A DNA stretch of 63,885 bases, filler included, from Globobulimina sp. (lineage: Eukaryota), in the NCBI GenBank assembly GCA_003354225.1. It is 32 parts of 32 records of this genome, joined end to end, with 100 filler letters (N's around TTAATTAATTAA, not from the genome) between each part and the next. Parts side by side here need not be neighbours in the genome. Positions count along the whole stretch, not along the records: positions 57,992 to 59,889 come from PIVH01010790.1; positions 59,990 to 61,887 come from PIVH01010791.1; positions 61,988 to 63,885 come from PIVH01010792.1; 29 more parts are not named here. One strand, given 5' to 3'. The notes under the pieces were generated by a model. The model was not told where the DNA came from and made no database searches. It worked only from the letters and a program-made list of their open reading frames with translations. A program made the translations under genes and the position numbers. The stretch's first letter is position 1. Each line of letters begins with the position of its first letter. Positions 58,460-63,885 of the stretch are shown piece by piece.

Positions 58460-59872
58460 ATGAGCCGCTTCCACTCAAACATGTCAGCAACACAAACAAC
58501 GAAAGAAATCAATCCATTAATAATGAACAACAAACAAAAAACCATTGCTTATTCCTCATGCATTGATGACATGACATCGATTGCAATCCATCATCAATCC
58601 TCTTCAATGTCAAAGTCATCAAACTCTTCGTGTTCGTCAAGATCCTCCATTCTACTCAACGAGAACACCAACTCCAATCACAATACGACTGAGCATCACA
58701 AAAAAATATATCTCCACAAAAGCATGTCAACACAAATGCATATAAACAATAACCACCGTAACGATTCAAGTTCGTTCAAAACGTGCCTCGGTCGTATTTT
58801 ATTGCAATGCGAGCCCTGTACAAAGAAACTAAAAGTCGCATATTATGTGATATTATGCAATGCAGTGATTGTGTGCATATTGCTTATAATCTCCCGCATA
58901 TTCAGCCATCCCTCGCTGAGCCCCAACAAAAACAACTTATTCCATTCCGATATATTTACGTCAAACAGCGCGCCGTTGCTATTGACCGCCAATATCATTA
59001 TGATGATGTCCTACTCTTTGGAGAATTTCTTAGCTCTCCGCATCTGTTTAGGTATTGGCTGTCTGTGTTTTGCGTTATGGGGCTTGACCAACACACCAAT
59101 CTTGTTAGACACTGCCATGTTTAACACAGTGATGATGCTCTTGAATCTGTCGCATGCAATGAAGCTGTCCTACCATCGGCGACATATATTTTTCAAGCCG
59201 TGCTGGGAGCAGATTTATATGAGTGTATTCAAGGGATATTTGAACAGAGTGGATTTCAACAAATTGGTGGACATTTCCTATGTGAGGAAGGTGAAAAAAG
59301 GCGAAATATTTAAGACTAAAGGCGATGAAGTGACCAGTTTGTGCATCTTAGTAAGTGGACGAATCTCAGTGGTGCGGCAAGTGGAATTTGAGCCGGTTTC
59401 TCGGATTAAAAGCAATCAAAGACTGCGGAAAGTAAAATCAGCGGGACATGTTCAGCAAAGTAAGGAAAGTAAAATGAGTGATGATGTAAAGGAATATGAT
59501 AATGGCTACGACAGTGATATTGAATATTTTTTACGGAATCCAAATTTTGTGAATTTATGCCATAAGAATCAATTTATTGAAGCGCCGCAATGGGTGGCGG
59601 CCGATTTGAGACCGGATGGGGATCGGTTTACGGTGTCTTTTGTGGCTGTGGATGACTGTGAATATATTAAATGGCCGCGGGAGAATTTGATTGAACTGAT
59701 TGAGGATAATGGGAACATGAAACATGCGCTAGCCGGCGTCCTCGGGCTGCAGACCGCGAGGGCTTTGTTGAAATCGAGAGAGTATAATAAAATGCAGCAA
59801 TGTATGGAGACGAGCCGCAAAAACACTGTTTCAAACGAAGATAATGACAATGCGAATACTAGTGACATATGA
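58460..59872 (+). CDS. Popeye-domain (POPDC/BVES-like) membrane protein
   Basis: TM cluster ANIIMMMSY..FLALR..FALWG..FN..LNLSH, then LCILVSGRISV, FIEAPQW, FTVSFVA. Confidence 0.8.
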   Translation: MSRFHSNMSATQTTKEINPLIMNNKQKTIAYSSCIDDMTSIAIHHQSSSMSKSSNSSCSSRSSILLNENTNSNHNTTEHHKKIYLHKSMSTQMHINNNHRNDSSSFKTCLGRILLQCEPCTKKLKVAYYVILCNAVIVCILLIISRIFSHPSLSPNKNNLFHSDIFTSNSAPLLLTANIIMMMSYSLENFLALRICLGIGCLCFALWGLTNTPILLDTAMFNTVMMLLNLSHAMKLSYHRRHIFFKPCWEQIYMSVFKGYLNRVDFNKLVDISYVRKVKKGEIFKTKGDEVTSLCILVSGRISVVRQVEFEPVSRIKSNQRLRKVKSAGHVQQSKESKMSDDVKEYDNGYDSDIEYFLRNPNFVNLCHKNQFIEAPQWVAADLRPDGDRFTVSFVAVDDCEYIKWPRENLIELIEDNGNMKHALAGVLGLQTARALLKSREYNKMQQCMETSRKNTVSNEDNDNANTSDI

Positions 59873-60342
59873 ATATTATTTGGGGATTTNNNNNNNNNNN
59901 NNNNNNNNNNNNNNNNNNNNNNNNNNNNNNNNNTTAATTAATTAANNNNNNNNNNNNNNNNNNNNNNNNNNNNNNNNNNNNNNNNNNNNTAGCGATGGTT
60001 TGGAATGTAGTGTTGAAAGGTCATTTGGTGCATCATCGCCGCGATTTTTTGCCGAGTATGAAGATGAAGTTATGATTGGTTTATTGTTAATGAACGTGGT
60101 ATTGATGGCAGCATTGATTGTATCTTGTTTTGTTTTATCAAAAGGAAATAAAAAATATCGTGTAGTCAGTATGAAAGAGTGCGGTGATGAACAAGCTTTG
60201 AAACAATAATTTCCGCAATAAAAATGCATGTTTTCTGTTTGCAATCCGTATATTTTATGTACAATTTAACTTTTTTGGCCTAGGTCAACTTCGAATACTA
60301 GGTTAAAAACCACTCTAGCTAACCCAAAAACTTTGCATATCG

Positions 60343-61887
60343 TTGAAAACAAAAAAACTTTCCTCACTTCTCCCCTTACTGTTCTCAATTCCTTCAGCCG
60401 TACCCTCGCCATTTTCACAGTGCCATTACGATGCAACATTTAGTCTCGTTCATTGTGAAGTATCTTTACGCATTGATAGAATCGATGATATATCAGTTGG
60501 AAAACACAGTGTTTCACGCACTGACGGAGAGTCAAAACCATACTGTTATCCAAAAAAACGAATATCCAATCACACTAAATTGATTTCAATTGAATCCAAT
60601 CATTATCTCCCTGACAATCCTAGTAAAGACAAAATAATAATACAAATAACAAATAATGATATGCATCATCATTATCACACTCTGAACGAGCTAAACAAAC
60701 ACCGAATTACCACTGATATATTTGACATTATAATAACTGATATCAATCACCCCAAACAAGCACGGACATCTCTACCCTTTCGAGACTGTTTTGATGTCCC
60801 TGCTGAGACCAATACTCTCTCGGATTTATATGTCTCTATTTGTTTACATTTTGTGTATCTTGTTTGTACTGAGTGTGTATTGTGCTTCCTTTGTTTTGCA
60901 TATCTAACTAATAATATCAACACTGATATAACTCATTATGAGAAACCACCATATAAACACCGCTCGCTGCAATCCCAGAAACGTTTAAAGCTTAGACTTC
61001 AGATCTTGTTTTTCATCAACAAATCTGAAACAAAACACTTCCTACTCACTCTTACTCCTAAAGGAATCAAATCCGTCGCCAACGACGCAACCATTCGAAT
61101 TAGATGCACGTCATCGTCGTACCGGACTCAGTCACCTCCTTCCAACAATATGATGATTTAAATGTGAATTTTGACCAACAACATATTGCCTCCAAACCCC
61201 ATAAAACCATCACCAAAACCAAAGCATATCTCATTAATAAACGCACTGACCGGCTCTTGGAGAAATTCTATCATAATCAAGGCATACGAACTAGCAAATG
61301 GGTGACAAATGCGACCAATCATCACCAGAACTTAAATGTTGCCCATGATGTCCGTATAGTATTTGGCAAAGTGTTTATGAACGACCGCATTGCAGACCGT
61401 ATTTGGATACGTGATGGCCAGGCTTTTATTGACTCGTTGGACAGCGCCCAAACTGCCGGTACCCGCTCAGAATTATTACCCACAATGGCGCCAGTCACGG
61501 TGTCCTTTTGTAACTCATGTATTATTATAACGACACAGCGTTTTATAACTCATTAGATAAAATCGATGGAGATACACAGGGAATCATGACGTACTTGAAT
61601 GCATTACATGGCAAAGTCAAGAAAACAGGCACCGGCTTCAATTATGTAGCGACAGACGAGCAGTTATTAGGATATATTACGAATGTGATTAATGAGCCGC
61701 TGCCAATCCAATATAATGTAAGATTCAACAATTATCCGTTGACCATAACCATTGCAGACAATGTCGCTGAATATGTCGATACCAATTATTTAGGCCATGC
61801 AGTGGCTAGCAATGCATTTGCTTTCCCAGTAAAGAAAACTGGCCTTTATTACGGCTGCCGCAACAAAATTAAACGCATTTTTAATTG
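60343..61887 (+). CDS. Hypothetical protein(s), probably multi-exon (3' partial)
   Basis: Three overlapping ORFs on the same strand; no family recognised. Confidence 0.35.
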
Positions 61888-62132
61888 NNNNNNNNNNNNN
61901 NNNNNNNNNNNNNNNNNNNNNNNNNNNNNNNTTAATTAATTAANNNNNNNNNNNNNNNNNNNNNNNNNNNNNNNNNNNNNNNNNNNNTAAGCGGTGTCAC
62001 GAATGACAAAATTAATAACAATCATAATTGATAGAAAATAAAATTAAATTCATCAATATCCATATTTTGAATTAATTATCTTTCAAATGAACCAGATACA
62101 ATTTATATATATATATGCAATACATTCTGCAA

Positions 62133-63277
62133 TCAGTACTGATATATGTCCATTAGATTAATTTTGGAGTTTACAAAATCATTTTTCGGTGCAGTATCAA
62201 TCAAAAATATAGCTAACACCGCTTGAACATCACATCCATTTTGACAGCATAAAAACATCCAAATGTCAGACAATTTAAGCAATAAAATGCAAACTCCAAC
62301 AATGGTCCAAATCTTTTGCTTTTCATTCCCCACTAAAAAATATGACGCGATGAATGTGCTCAAAATAAATCCCAACGTTGACAGCACAACAACTCCTTTG
62401 CAAAATATATTTTTGCCATACGTCATTTTATAGCATGAATAATGTGTTTCTTTCCATATTGTATGGCGGCAAAAGCACTCACAGCACGTAAATACGATGG
62501 TACTCAGTAAGCGAGCCACCGGCCATATGAGTCCAAATACTGCCATCACCGAAATAAACTTTGACACAAATTCGGGCAAATCGCCGTAACCACACCGAAC
62601 GTGATCGAATTGGCGGAGTCTGACATAGCAATAAAACTCGATGAGAGCTGCTATGATGTTCGCATAAAATAATATAAACATTGCTGCTCCGTAGCGATTG
62701 TGATAAAGTAACAAAGCAATATGAAATACGAAATAAAGGATGACTACAAACAGTGCCATAGCTCCATAAACAAAATAATAAGTCGACAATTTATGGACGG
62801 GAATCAAACTAAAAATAAACCATTGATGGTGGCGTTTACAATCAACTTTAAAATGTTCCAATTCCTGGGCTCGCAAAACAGAATAAAAAAATAATAAGAA
62901 ACCTAAGGTCAAAAAGCAAATAATATTCCATATAATGTATCTCGTTTGTCTCTTTCTCACCTTTTTGTTGTCGGAAATTAACGATTCGTACATTAGCAAG
63001 GAATTATTTCGGGTAATTCGAATCGCGCCGCTTTCTCTCATGAATGTTGCTGCGGATACTCTATTTTTGTTGGACGATAAATAAATTGCAAGATCTGATG
63101 TGTGCTCTGCAACATAGCCAGCCTTTTCTCGCGATGTCATAGAATCCTCGGCGAGCGGATAATCGCCGGCCTTCAAGTTCAAAATGACATTGCTCGTTTG
63201 GAAAGTAGACGGTGTACACGTGCCGGTCTCTGACGATTCTATCCGTTGTATCGAGTCTATTAACGAGTGTGCCATGT
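62133..63277 (-). CDS. Multi-pass membrane protein (about 6 TM)
   Basis: About 380-aa ORF with repeated hydrophobic helices. Confidence 0.6.
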
Positions 63278-63885
63278 TCACAACGTTTTCACTTTTCACT
63301 TTTCACTGGTATACAATTGTGAAGTTTTTTAATTGCTTACAAATTTGAACAATATCAGATGAATCACTGTTTATGCATACGTATAGTTTAAAAAAAAGCA
63401 ACAATCAATATTTATGCAATAAATTTGTCTTTCAGTTTGTAATTTATTATTACTGATAATTATACCCTTTTTTATTTATCGATCCAAAAGCCGTAAAAGT
63501 CAGAATCACGTGGAAAACCTCGTAAATATATTCTTGACAGGTTTTTACAATTTTAGACGATTCCGTATTTTGCAATTTTACAAATATCGCATAATTATTA
63601 ACTTTTAGGGATTTAATTAACTTTTACGGCTTTTGGATAAATAAAAAAGGGTAATATCGTTATAATTGTGTATTAATTATTGATATGTTGGTAATTCTGT
63701 TAAAGTACCACTCTCCATTTCAATCCCTTGTTCATTTAAATGGGCATTTTCTTCATTTTGCTGAGTCTCTTCCACACTTTCCTCTCCTTCCACTGCTTCG
63801 AATTCCACTCCTTCCAATTCCACAGCATTTAACGGTTTTGCATTTCGTCTTTTATTCACGTAAAGAAATACACAAATTGTTCCAA

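Noticed and set aside
1-63885. Gene neighbourhood or operon-like system across the window
   Set aside because: Contigs are ordered by length, so adjacency across spacers carries no information

Overview
This is not a contiguous locus. It is 32 unrelated contigs of about 1.9 kb (1901 down to 1898 bp, sorted by length), joined by an artificial 100-bp spacer (44 N + TTAATTAATTAA + 44 N). Most contigs are AT-rich eukaryotic DNA with short GT-AG introns and tight intergenic gaps. The gene content looks like a protist, probably a foraminifer (inference, not tested). Recognisable genes: RPC1, GH20 hexosaminidase, S28 peptidase, two-pore channel, Popeye-domain protein, DH-PH-FYVE RhoGEF, TRA2-like RRM, Pcc1/LAGE3, jacalin lectins and two SKL-tailed fatty-acid enzymes. 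Mobile DNA includes a BEL/Pao 5' end, an LTR-element 3' end, a non-LTR RT, a CRE-like tail and three MITE or hairpin families. One contig carries a truncated Bacteroidota-type fabH. The most unusual items are a spliced G-alpha fused at its C-terminus to a roughly 6-TM domain, a kinesin with two motor domains in tandem, a short LxxGYxR...FY module shared by unrelated proteins, and a tRNA-like gene with a roughly 140-nt structured insertion. All family calls come from reading motifs by eye; no database searches were run.
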